The notes under the pieces: model-generated
The model's input: the letters and a program-made list of their open reading frames with translations, nothing else
Database searches by the model: none
Told to the model about the DNA's origin: nothing
Made by a program: the position numbers and the translations under genes
DNA from: Thermoproteota archaeon
GTDB taxonomy: Archaea > Korarchaeota > Korarchaeia > Korarchaeales > Korarchaeaceae
Length of the DNA stretch: 39,585 bases
Assembly: GCA_037917625.1 (NCBI GenBank)
Contig: JAVCBY010000112.1
Span: 1-39,585, forward strand
Direction: 5' to 3'
In this document: in pieces, positions 28,132 to 36,886 of the stretch
Layout of the letters: the number at the start of each line of letters is the position of its first letter
Numbering within the stretch: the stretch's first letter is position 1

Positions 28132-29173
28132 GGTCCCTAAGAAGCTTTTAATAGCTGTGAGGATTTACTCTATAGCTCTGGCCTTGATCCTATCATCCAT
28201 CCTCCTCCTAACGCAGGAGATCAATCCATATGAATTCTTCTCTAGTCTCCTGTTGAACATCTTCGGGACCAGGGTCGGCCTGACGGAATCCATCGTCAGG
28301 ATGATACCCCTACTCCTCATAAGCTCAGGATTATCGATCTCATTTAAGGCTGGCTTCTGGAACATAGGGGCTGAGGGGCAGCTGTTAGCTGGAGCTATGC
28401 TCGGTTATATATTAGCATCAAACCTAGATCTCCCTAGCCCCATTCAAATCCCCCTGCTCTTCATCTCAGGCTGCTTCGCTGGGGCAGCTTGGGGGGTTAT
28501 TCCGGCCCTACTGAAAGCTAAGCTCAATATGAATGATGTAATATCGACCCTCATGCTTTACTACGTGATCTACTGGATCTTCCAGCATATGATACATGGC
28601 CCATGGAAGGCTGTAGAGACAGTAGGTGGGCTCACTTACGGAGGATTCGCTCATACGAGCGTTATACCGGCCAACTCCCAGCTACCGGTGATAGAGGGGA
28701 CTAGGATACATTGGCCGACACTTCTAATAGCATTGTTCTCAACCTTCTTGGTTTACTTCATCCTCAAATGGACGACTTGGGGCTTCGAGATAAGGGCGAT
28801 GGGAGGCAATCCTGATGCTAGCAGAGCGGCTGGGATAAGTAGCACTAAGGTCTTACTGATAGTCGCAATGATAAGCGGGAGCCTCTCTGGAATAGCAGGA
28901 ATAGGAGAGCTTTGCGGGATTCAAAAAAGGTTCACACCGGAGTTCCTCTCAGGTTACGGATTTTCAGCAATAATAACTGCTTGGTTGAGTGGGACGAATC
29001 CTCTCAGCTTGGTGATCGCTAACTTCCTTTATGGAGGTCTATTGGTAGGCGGGAATTATGCTATGATATCTTACAAGCTTCCCATAGGATTCATAAATAT
29101 GTTCAACGGGATCATACTGCTATCCGTCCTGGCCGGCGATTTCATGGTGAGATACGAACTGAGGAGGGATTGA
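28109..29173 (+). CDS. Nucleoside-type ABC transporter permease 1
   Basis: NIGAEGQ, GFEIRAMGGNP, GYGFSAI. Confidence 0.9.
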   Translation: MKLVKRVEVPKKLLIAVRIYSIALALILSSILLLTQEINPYEFFSSLLLNIFGTRVGLTESIVRMIPLLLISSGLSISFKAGFWNIGAEGQLLAGAMLGYILASNLDLPSPIQIPLLFISGCFAGAAWGVIPALLKAKLNMNDVISTLMLYYVIYWIFQHMIHGPWKAVETVGGLTYGGFAHTSVIPANSQLPVIEGTRIHWPTLLIALFSTFLVYFILKWTTWGFEIRAMGGNPDASRAAGISSTKVLLIVAMISGSLSGIAGIGELCGIQKRFTPEFLSGYGFSAIITAWLSGTNPLSLVIANFLYGGLLVGGNYAMISYKLPIGFINMFNGIILLSVLAGDFMVRYELRRD

Positions 29174-29174
29174 G

Positions 29175-30101
29175 ATGGAGCTAGTAATAATAGAAAACAT
29201 CCTTTGGATAGGATTCAGGTCAGCTGTTCCCCTCCTTCTAGCGGCTCTTGGAGAAATATATGCAGAAAGGTCCGGAGTACTTAACTTAGGTGTAGAAGGG
29301 ATGATGGTCCTAGGGGCTGCTGCTTCCTTCATAGTCACGATGCAAACTAGGAACCCGTGGTTGGGCATATTATCTGGTCTCTCGGTGGCTGTGTTACTCG
29401 CTCTAGTGCACTGTTTTATCAGTATAACCCTGAAGTCCAATCAGGTAGTTTCGGGGCTAGCTCTCTCGATGCTGGGCCTCGGGATAAGCAGCCTTATAGG
29501 AAGGAATTACGTTGGAGCCCGGTTATCACCCGAAGTTAGGCTACTCCCGAAGCCCCTGGACCCTCTATCTAAAATTCCCTTGATCGGCAAACCGATATTC
29601 GATCAGGACCCAATGTTTTACATGAGCCTCTTCCTCACAGCGATCCTCTGGTCAATACTCTTCCGCACGAGGTATGGCATCATAGTGAGATCAGCTGGAG
29701 GAAATCCAGCGGCTGTGGATGCTGCCGGTATATCGGTAGCTAAGGTGAGATATGCTTCAACTATACTAGGAGGCGCATTATCAGGGTTAGCTGGAGCTTA
29801 CCTCTCGATATCGTACAATCCAGTTTGGATAGAGAACATAACGGCCGGTAGGGGGTGGATAGCTATAGCTCTCGTCATATTCTCCCTCTGGGATCCAGCT
29901 AAAGCTTTACTGACATCCTTCCTATTCGGGTCAATAGAAGCATCTAGCTACACTCTGCAGGCCCTAGGTTATAGCCAATGGCTCCTGAGTGCTCTACCCT
30001 ATCTCCTGACGCTCATAATATTGATGATAGGGTCCTCCAGTAGGTTCAGGAGGAGGATGGGAGCACCCCGCTACCTCGGGGTCCCATATGAGAGGGAGTG
30101 A
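29175..30101 (+). CDS. Nucleoside-type ABC transporter permease 2
   Basis: ERSGVLNLGVEG, AGRGWIAIA, LPYLLT, AP..LGVPY. Confidence 0.9.
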   Translation: MELVIIENILWIGFRSAVPLLLAALGEIYAERSGVLNLGVEGMMVLGAAASFIVTMQTRNPWLGILSGLSVAVLLALVHCFISITLKSNQVVSGLALSMLGLGISSLIGRNYVGARLSPEVRLLPKPLDPLSKIPLIGKPIFDQDPMFYMSLFLTAILWSILFRTRYGIIVRSAGGNPAAVDAAGISVAKVRYASTILGGALSGLAGAYLSISYNPVWIENITAGRGWIAIALVIFSLWDPAKALLTSFLFGSIEASSYTLQALGYSQWLLSALPYLLTLIILMIGSSSRFRRRMGAPRYLGVPYERE

Positions 30102-30173
30102 GAGGGGGAGGCCAACCCCCCATGAGGCTTGAAAAGCCCGGCCTCCCCCAGGCCGCCGCCCACGGCGGCCCAC
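30100..30173 (-). ncRNA. Putative GC-rich structured small RNA
   Basis: 8-bp and 10-bp perfect GC stems; BRE/TATA on the minus strand about 20-25 nt upstream; 12-nt complement to the BMP leader. Ends approximate. Confidence 0.6.
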
Positions 30174-30190
30174 TAACTTGGAATTCCATC

Positions 30191-30205
30191 CTTAAAAATT
30201 TTTCG
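30191..30205 (-). promoter_or_regulatory. BRE+TATA promoter for the putative sRNA
   Basis: Minus strand CGAAAAATTTTTAAG with no minus-strand CDS downstream. Confidence 0.6.
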
Positions 30206-30226
30206 TCGCGCCCAGCTGAAGGCATA

Positions 30227-30243
30227 GGGAAATTTTTATAAAA
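30227..30243 (+). promoter_or_regulatory. BRE+TATA promoter of the BMP gene
   Basis: GGGAAATTTTTATAAAA; SD GAGGTGA at 30273-30279. Confidence 0.6.
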
Positions 30244-30283
30244 TGATGTCGCAACACGTCATAGCCCCCCATGAGGTGATCTT

Positions 30284-31576
30284 ATGTCGTATAGGTGGCT
30301 CGCACTCTCTCTTATCCTCCTGTTACTGGGTGTCGTAGGGGGATACTTCCTAGCCCCCAAGGGGACCACGCAAACGGTCACACAGACCTTGACGCAGACA
30401 GTGAAGGAGACCTCAACTCCCGTTCAGGAGAAGAAGGTGAAGGCAGCATTCATATACATAGGACCCATAGGGGATTACGGCTGGACTCATGCCCATCATC
30501 AAGCCAAGGAAATGATAGATAAGAAATACGACTGGCTCGAGACAACTCAAGTGGAATCCGTAACTCCTGCAGCATCAGCAGGCGTAATGGAGCAGCTAAT
30601 CTCTCAAGGATATAGCGTCATATTCACGACGAGCTTCGATTTCATGGATCCGACACTTGAGGAGGCCAAGAAGCACCCTAATATAATATTCTGGCACTGC
30701 TCGGGTTATAAGAGGAGCGCTAACATGGGAACCTATTTCTCGGAGTTCTATCAAGTCTACTATCTGAATGGGCTCATGGCAGGCGCCCTGACTAAGACGA
30801 AGAAGATAGGTTACGTAGCCGCTCATCTCATACCTGAAGTGGTCAGGCACATAAACGCTTTCGCTATAGGGGTGAATGAGGTCTGCCCGGACTGCAAGGT
30901 CTATGTCAGGGAAATAGGAGCATGGGTAGATCCGATAAAAGCGAGACAGGCTGCGGAGGCCTTGATATCTGAGGGAGTCGATGTACTAGCTTTCACGGAG
31001 GACACCCCTACGGTCGTCCAAGTCGCTGAGGAGCACTTCATGAGAGGCGAGAGGATCCTCGCATTCGGTCACTACAGCCCGATGAAGGAATACGGGAAGG
31101 ATGTATGTGTCAGCGGACAGATAGCCCACTGGGAAGTCATGTACGATGATATACTCTCGAAGATATACGCGGGCTCCTACACGAATGAGAACTTAGAAAA
31201 CGTTGATTACTGGTGGAAACTGAAGGAGGGATCCGTTGAGCTCGGTTGTGCTCATAATGAGCCCGTGAATCCGAAGTTCATAGATGAACTGAGATCGGTA
31301 AGGGTAAAGGGGGATGTTCAGTTGCCGAATGGTACTGTGCTGAAGGATCCTGATGTGTACACATTGATCTTCGCTAGACTAGCTCAAATGGGTGCTATCT
31401 GGACGGGAAATGGATGGAAATACGTGAATGATGAGACCTTCGATCCATTCACGGGGCCTATATATGATAACAAGGGTAAGCTCAGAGTACTGCCGGGTCA
31501 GAGGATAGGACACGATGAACTCTGGTCGATGCAATGGTGGGTCAGTAATATTGTGGGCCCCGAACTCGGGGGCTAA
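30284..31576 (+). CDS. BMP-family ABC substrate-binding protein (purine/nucleoside type)
   Basis: N-terminal TM and Thr-rich linker, GPIGDYGWTHAH, IPEVVRHINAFAIG, DPFTGPIYDNKG. Confidence 0.9.
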   Translation: MSYRWLALSLILLLLGVVGGYFLAPKGTTQTVTQTLTQTVKETSTPVQEKKVKAAFIYIGPIGDYGWTHAHHQAKEMIDKKYDWLETTQVESVTPAASAGVMEQLISQGYSVIFTTSFDFMDPTLEEAKKHPNIIFWHCSGYKRSANMGTYFSEFYQVYYLNGLMAGALTKTKKIGYVAAHLIPEVVRHINAFAIGVNEVCPDCKVYVREIGAWVDPIKARQAAEALISEGVDVLAFTEDTPTVVQVAEEHFMRGERILAFGHYSPMKEYGKDVCVSGQIAHWEVMYDDILSKIYAGSYTNENLENVDYWWKLKEGSVELGCAHNEPVNPKFIDELRSVRVKGDVQLPNGTVLKDPDVYTLIFARLAQMGAIWTGNGWKYVNDETFDPFTGPIYDNKGKLRVLPGQRIGHDELWSMQWWVSNIVGPELGG

Positions 31577-32454
31577 TCCTTTTTTAATTGCATCCTCATC
31601 CACTTAATGCGTTTTATCGCTTCAAAACCGGCTGCTTCGAAAGCTCCCCTGTACTTGCACCATGTCTGGGTCCTCACTTTAGTTGCTCCCATATCATATG
31701 CTATCGATAGAGCCATCTCAGCTGAGTCGAAAATCTGGCCTAAGCTTGCCCTCTCAGGCCCCCATATCAGAGCATATAAGTAGTTATCATCAGCTGTCGG
31801 CCTGAAAAGTCCCAAAACGAACTCCCAAAGGCCGACCCTCACCTTGAAGACCCTGGGAGGCGGAAGGCCCACTGCTTCTCTACCCCAGAGGAGCTCCCAA
31901 AGGAGAGCTGATGGTCTTGTCTGCCCTGCTAACATCTGGACAGCTACTGGAAGCTCTCTCTTTCCTATCTCCTCTATCTTAGGCTGCTCAGGGGCCGGTC
32001 TGGGCTTAGCTTCCATGAGCACCTGGGATTCTATCTCCGAGAATCCGAGGGCCTCGAAGAAGGGAATGGCCTCATCATATGGTATTGTATCGAGAGCATA
32101 GAATCCCATCTCTCTCGCTAATTTGCCGCATTCTTCAACGAGCCTTCTCCCAACTCCTATACCCCTCTCCCCTTCCTTAACCCAGACCATCTGTAGGTAA
32201 GCGTGATCCCCTACGGGACACTTCAACCTCTCAGGGACGATCTCCGCCTCTCCTATCAAAGTATCATCCTTCAGAGCCATCAATATTTTCCCATCAGATG
32301 ATAATAAAGCATCTATGTACCAACTGAAGACCTCCGGATCTCCCCAGTAACCGCAATCCCTTATCCTCATGCTCAATGGCATCTCCTTCCACTTAGGGCA
32401 GTGGATGGAGATTACGTCCTCAAGGAATCTATGATCGAACTTAACTATCCTCAA
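31573..32454 (-). CDS. GNAT family acetyltransferase (GNAT plus degenerate second repeat)
   Basis: VWVKEGERGIGVGRRLV acetyl-CoA motif, FFEALGF, and a second FEAAGF near the C-terminus. Confidence 0.78.
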   Translation of the reverse strand: MRIVKFDHRFLEDVISIHCPKWKEMPLSMRIRDCGYWGDPEVFSWYIDALLSSDGKILMALKDDTLIGEAEIVPERLKCPVGDHAYLQMVWVKEGERGIGVGRRLVEECGKLAREMGFYALDTIPYDEAIPFFEALGFSEIESQVLMEAKPRPAPEQPKIEEIGKRELPVAVQMLAGQTRPSALLWELLWGREAVGLPPPRVFKVRVGLWEFVLGLFRPTADDNYLYALIWGPERASLGQIFDSAEMALSIAYDMGATKVRTQTWCKYRGAFEAAGFEAIKRIKWMRMQLKKD

Positions 32455-33203
32455 GGGATCCCCTCCAGTATCTCATTAAGGGCGATCAATGCCCTACTAG
32501 CCCCCTCCTTCATCCTGAACTTAGCGAATCTACTTAAATTGGTTTCCTCTGGATTTATCTCAACTAAAGTGGCTTTGTTCTCCAGTGCTATCATCGGCAG
32601 GGTTGCTGCTGGCATAACGAGCCCACTAGTTCCTATTATCAGCAACAAATTAGCTGATCTCATCATATCCTCCGCTCTAATCCACTCATCTCGAGGGAGC
32701 GGCTCGTAGAACCAGACGACATCCGGCCTCATGATGGAACCGCATCTATCGCACTCAGGCGGTACCCTCTCCGGCAAATTCCCGAAGCCCAAATAGATCT
32801 TATTATCACAAGAAGTACATCTTATCCTCCAAATCGAACCGTGAAGCTCCACTAAGTTCTTTGAGCCCGCTTTTTGATGGAGACCGTCCACATTCTGCGT
32901 TACCACACCCCTCAAAATACCCCTATCTTCCCAGAGAGCGAGTATCTCATGAGCTGGTGTAGGTTGAGCCCTCGCTATAATGGACATCCTCCATAAATAC
33001 CAATCCCAGACGAGCTTAGGGTCTCTGAAGAATGCATGAGGGGTCGCGAGTTCCTCCGGATTATATCTCTCCCAAAGACCTCCCTTCCCTCTGAAAGTCG
33101 GTATTCCTGCCTCAGCTGAGATACCTGCTCCTGTGAAAGCTACAACATTACCAGAGTTCCTCCTTATGAGCTCAGCTACTGATCTAAGCTCATGGAAGCT
33201 CAT
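32451..33203 (-). CDS. cobB: NAD-dependent protein deacylase, sirtuin class III
   Basis: GAGISAEAGIPTFRG, TQNVDGLH, LHG, CxxC/CxxC, RPDVVWF, GTS. Confidence 0.93.
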   Translation of the reverse strand: MSFHELRSVAELIRRNSGNVVAFTGAGISAEAGIPTFRGKGGLWERYNPEELATPHAFFRDPKLVWDWYLWRMSIIARAQPTPAHEILALWEDRGILRGVVTQNVDGLHQKAGSKNLVELHGSIWRIRCTSCDNKIYLGFGNLPERVPPECDRCGSIMRPDVVWFYEPLPRDEWIRAEDMMRSANLLLIIGTSGLVMPAATLPMIALENKATLVEINPEETNLSRFAKFRMKEGASRALIALNEILEGIP

Positions 33204-34500
33204 GGGGCTCGACCTCAGGGGGCTTCAATGGATAGTTCCTCACTTCAGCCTCTAAGGGGCATCCTCCTCTGCAGAAAGTGAGGAGGGGGCAGCTCTTGCA
33301 GGCATCTCCTACATAAGCCGCCTCCCTTATGCTGAGACATTCCTTAGAGTACCATATGTCCATCCATCTATCCCTCAGTATGTTCCCAAGCTTCAAGTAG
33401 TGACTCTGGCACGGTATAACAGTGCCATCGGGCTCTACAGCTAGGTTGATGCTGCAAGCGGAGCAGAACTTCAGTCCAAGACCCGCATTTATGGGATCCA
33501 TCTCACAGTACCTCGTAACTCCATACCAGGTGAAATCGAGGTCCAGTTCTATAGCTAGTTCCTTAGCTTCAGTTATTATGTTCATCATCTCCTCGAAGCT
33601 CGGCTCCATATCTAGAGTAGCTCTCCCACTGTAAATGACTCTATCGAGGGAGTAACCGTGGACCCCCAATTCCGCAACGAATCTAATAGTATCCAATATA
33701 GTCGGTGAGTTCATCTTCAGTAGCGTTGAGTTGACGCTCACATAAACTCCAGTATTCACCATATTCTTTATCCCCCTGACGGTCCTCTCCCAGCTCCCCC
33801 TGACCCCAGTGATGGAATCGTGGATATAAGGATCCTTCGACTCCAAAGTTATCTGAGCGTAATCTAAGCCAGCCTCCGCTAATCTCCTAGAGAGATCTTC
33901 ACTCAGCAAAGTCCCATTCGTCACGATCCCAGATACCATTCCTAGCTTCTGAGCTTCAGAGACTAGATCGACGAGATCCTCCCTTAAGGTGGGCTCCCCA
34001 CCCGTGAAAGTGACTTGAGGTACCCCTAGCTCATGAAATATCCTCAAAACTTTTTTCCAATCTTCAGAGTTCAGTTCCTCCGTTTCCCTAGGGCTCGATG
34101 AGTAACAATGGATGCAATCATTATTGCACCTATAAGTGAGGTTTAGGTCGACTCTTAGAGGAGCCGACATGACGGTCACATCCGGTAGCTGATACTTGAA
34201 TCCCAGATCCGTGACAGGATCACCATAACCATCTATGAACATCCTTATTTTCTCAGTTATCTCAGTGAAGTGCCTCCTAACTTCACTTTTCTTCATCCCT
34301 CTGTAGTAATTCTTGAGCTCTCTAGCTGCTTGCTTCCAATCGCCACCTAGAAGAAATGCCTTAATCATTATCGCTGCTGTGTGATTGAGATAAGCTACTC
34401 TACTTGCGTCCACGATGAGAGAGCTAATTCCATAAGGATCTATCCTTAGCTGAATCCTATGCCCCTTGTAGTTGAGCGCCAAGAGCTCCCTCTCGCTCAT
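33190..34500 (-). CDS. Radical SAM/SPASM enzyme with N-terminal PqqD/RRE-like domain
   Basis: CNNDCIHC, FTGGEP, SPASM CSAC..DGTVIPC..CKSCPLLTFCRGGC, N-terminal YLNHTAA..ARELKNYY segment. Start at ATG 34500 (ATGA overlap). Confidence 0.88.
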   Translation of the reverse strand: MSERELLALNYKGHRIQLRIDPYGISSLIVDASRVAYLNHTAAIMIKAFLLGGDWKQAARELKNYYRGMKKSEVRRHFTEITEKIRMFIDGYGDPVTDLGFKYQLPDVTVMSAPLRVDLNLTYRCNNDCIHCYSSSPRETEELNSEDWKKVLRIFHELGVPQVTFTGGEPTLREDLVDLVSEAQKLGMVSGIVTNGTLLSEDLSRRLAEAGLDYAQITLESKDPYIHDSITGVRGSWERTVRGIKNMVNTGVYVSVNSTLLKMNSPTILDTIRFVAELGVHGYSLDRVIYSGRATLDMEPSFEEMMNIITEAKELAIELDLDFTWYGVTRYCEMDPINAGLGLKFCSACSINLAVEPDGTVIPCQSHYLKLGNILRDRWMDIWYSKECLSIREAAYVGDACKSCPLLTFCRGGCPLEAEVRNYPLKPPEVEPHELP

Positions 34501-36149
34501 CCCACACCACCTCCAGCGCAAGCGCAAGCACAACTAACGCACGCGCATGCACAAGCGCAACTTACACAAGCGCAGGATATAACGCGCCTCTTGCTGCTCC
34601 CCCTCGGTCTCTCAGGTGTTATAGTTCTCGCGATCTTGTCGGAGAAATCCTCCATGTTCCTCACGATGGAGGAGGAGAAGCCCTCAATGGATCTAGCTAT
34701 GGAATCGGCCGCTTTCTCTATACTTATGACGGGGGCTTCCGCTTCGGATCTAGCGCCTCCCTCAGACCGACTTCTAACTGGCTCCCCGGGGTAGGGTATG
34801 TAGATAGTACCTCCTCTCGGGACCCAGATCCAAGTATCCTCCGGGGTCCAGGTGCCCCCTAAGGGGTGGGAAATTTGATCAGGAGATAAGCCCTCCTTCA
34901 GATACCTCTTCAGATTCCTCTCAAAGTTCTCATCTGTGAGCAACCATGAGAGATTCTCCTTCAAGATCTCGAGTCTCTTCTCCATTGGAGCTTGAGAAAT
35001 TTCCTTCCAAATGGAATTGACGAGCTTCTCATAATGAGCTATTGTACCGAGCCTCGAGTAACCAGCTATCTCCCTATTGACTCTCCTATGTAAGCTCTTG
35101 ATCACGTTCACTAGACAATCTTCAGAAGGGACGCCTCCATCCAGGCAATCGAGGAAGACCTTCTCGTAGGCCCTCAGTTGAGAGGAGGCGTTGTTCAATT
35201 TCTCCATCTCCAACGGCTCTACACTCTTCACCCTAATGAACCCCTTACTCGATAATTCCAGCGCTATAGTAGCTAATATCTTCCCATAACTTATCTTTCT
35301 CCCCTCCAGCTTCTTCAGATAAGCGACCTCCGGGGGCCTCAAGTTCTTATTCACTCCTAGGCTCTCGACAGAGACTTCAGGAGGCTTATAGATGGACTTC
35401 TCGATCAGGGCCTTCACGTACCTCACTATGAGGAATATCGAGAGGACGACGGCCCCCAGGAATATGAGACCGATTGCAGTGTAAAGGAGATCCTCACCCT
35501 CTGATCCCTTAACGTAAGATCTCACATATCCCTTTGGGAATGAGACACCGACGTCTAACTTGTAATTCGGTGGTAGATCGTATCTCTCCCAGTAAAGGGC
35601 TAGTCTACCATCTTCAAGTGGTATCAGATTATCGTAGTCCGGTTGACTCTTGATCTCATTACTATTGACTCCAGGGGGGAGTATTATCCAGAGCCTCAGG
35701 GCTCTAACTCTAGCATCGAACCAAGATGGGATGAACTTAAGCCCAACGTTCCCCGGGTTTGTTGAATCCTCATGAAGGAAATCTTTGAGCACTACCTCTA
35801 AATGATAACTTCTAGATTCCCCTGCATTTATTGGAGTTATAGGGTGCATTTTCACAGCATAATAAGATTCCTCAACGACTTTATCATAATCTACTTCCCT
35901 AGCCTCTCCGTTTATCATTTCTAGAGCTTTCAACACATCGAACCTAGAGTTAGGCATCCCTATGGTGACGTATCTAGCTACAGTACCGGAGGTCACGTGG
36001 ATCGTCAAGTTGTATGATAGGAATACATCCCCGGACTCATCTATCTCAAGTATTACTGCCTCATCTTCCACTTCATAGCTTATTTGAGCCAATGTCACGA
36101 TGGGAGCGATCATCAGAAGGGACAAAGCTATTAAGCATAGGTAACGCAT
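34497..36149 (-). CDS. DUF2207-like membrane protein with Cys-rich C-terminal tail
   Basis: Signal peptide, beta-rich ectodomain, TM helix, LRPPEVAYL/ATIALEL..KGFI segment, ends SCACVSCACACACVSCACACAGGGVG. Confidence 0.8.
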   Translation of the reverse strand: MRYLCLIALSLLMIAPIVTLAQISYEVEDEAVILEIDESGDVFLSYNLTIHVTSGTVARYVTIGMPNSRFDVLKALEMINGEAREVDYDKVVEESYYAVKMHPITPINAGESRSYHLEVVLKDFLHEDSTNPGNVGLKFIPSWFDARVRALRLWIILPPGVNSNEIKSQPDYDNLIPLEDGRLALYWERYDLPPNYKLDVGVSFPKGYVRSYVKGSEGEDLLYTAIGLIFLGAVVLSIFLIVRYVKALIEKSIYKPPEVSVESLGVNKNLRPPEVAYLKKLEGRKISYGKILATIALELSSKGFIRVKSVEPLEMEKLNNASSQLRAYEKVFLDCLDGGVPSEDCLVNVIKSLHRRVNREIAGYSRLGTIAHYEKLVNSIWKEISQAPMEKRLEILKENLSWLLTDENFERNLKRYLKEGLSPDQISHPLGGTWTPEDTWIWVPRGGTIYIPYPGEPVRSRSEGGARSEAEAPVISIEKAADSIARSIEGFSSSIVRNMEDFSDKIARTITPERPRGSSKRRVISCACVSCACACACVSCACACAGGGVG

Positions 36150-36211
36150 CGCAGTTACTACCTCTCCTACTATATATACTTGATTTAAATTATTAGAAGA
36201 GCTTCTGAGTG

Positions 36212-36886
36212 ATGCGTGTAGCGAGGGATATCGAATTCCTAGAGGGTGAATTGAGGCTCCTGGCTAGCGGTGAGGAAATAAAACCTGAGATCAGAAGCCT
36301 CAATGAGCTAAAATCTGTCTTAATGAAGCCCGAATCCTTGGAAAAAGATGATGCAGCTTATATGATGTACAGGGACCTTCCCCCTCTGAGGGATAGCCCC
36401 ATTAGATTGGATTTAACGGTAATACCCCCTTGGAATGTGGGAGGCGAGCTCGCAAAAACGAAAGGTCATTATCATCTCCCTCTGAACGGGAAGCTCCTCC
36501 CTGAGGTTTACTGCATCCATTCCGGAAGGGCCATCTTTCTACTGCAGAGGAGGGGGGCATCCATATATGAGGTGGAGGACTTCATACTGATGGAAGCTGA
36601 AGCAGGGCGTTATATCATAGTACCACCGGGATACGGGCATGTGAGCGTTAACGCAGGAGCTGATACGCTTGTGATGAGCAACTTGATCCATAGAAGAGTG
36701 ATACCTGATTACGGGCCCTATGAGATGACGAGGGGTGCGGCATATTATTTGACATCAGAAGGGCTAGTCAGGAACCCGAGATATGCGAAAGTCCCTGAGC
36801 CTAGATATGAGGAAGGCCTCAGATACAGCTCCTTGGATGATCTAATGAACGATAGGGAGATCTTAGAAAAGCTAACGGATCCCTAA
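36212..36886 (+). CDS. Cupin-type glucose-6-phosphate isomerase family protein
   Basis: YMMYRD, KTKGHYH, PEVY, VPPGYGHVSVN, GAAYY, NPRY. Confidence 0.82.
   Translation: MRVARDIEFLEGELRLLASGEEIKPEIRSLNELKSVLMKPESLEKDDAAYMMYRDLPPLRDSPIRLDLTVIPPWNVGGELAKTKGHYHLPLNGKLLPEVYCIHSGRAIFLLQRRGASIYEVEDFILMEAEAGRYIIVPPGYGHVSVNAGADTLVMSNLIHRRVIPDYGPYEMTRGAAYYLTSEGLVRNPRYAKVPEPRYEEGLRYSSLDDLMNDREILEKLTDP

Noticed and set aside
30123-30140. Anticodon-arm-like GGGC-UUUUCAA-GCCU (Glu-like, or Sec-like UCA) in the minus-strand RNA
   Set aside because: No D arm, T arm (TTCRA) or acceptor geometry, so not called a tRNA or tRNA half.
34459-34794. Plus-strand ORF with AQAQAQ/AHAQAQ repeats
   Set aside because: It is the antisense reading of the Cys-Ala tail.
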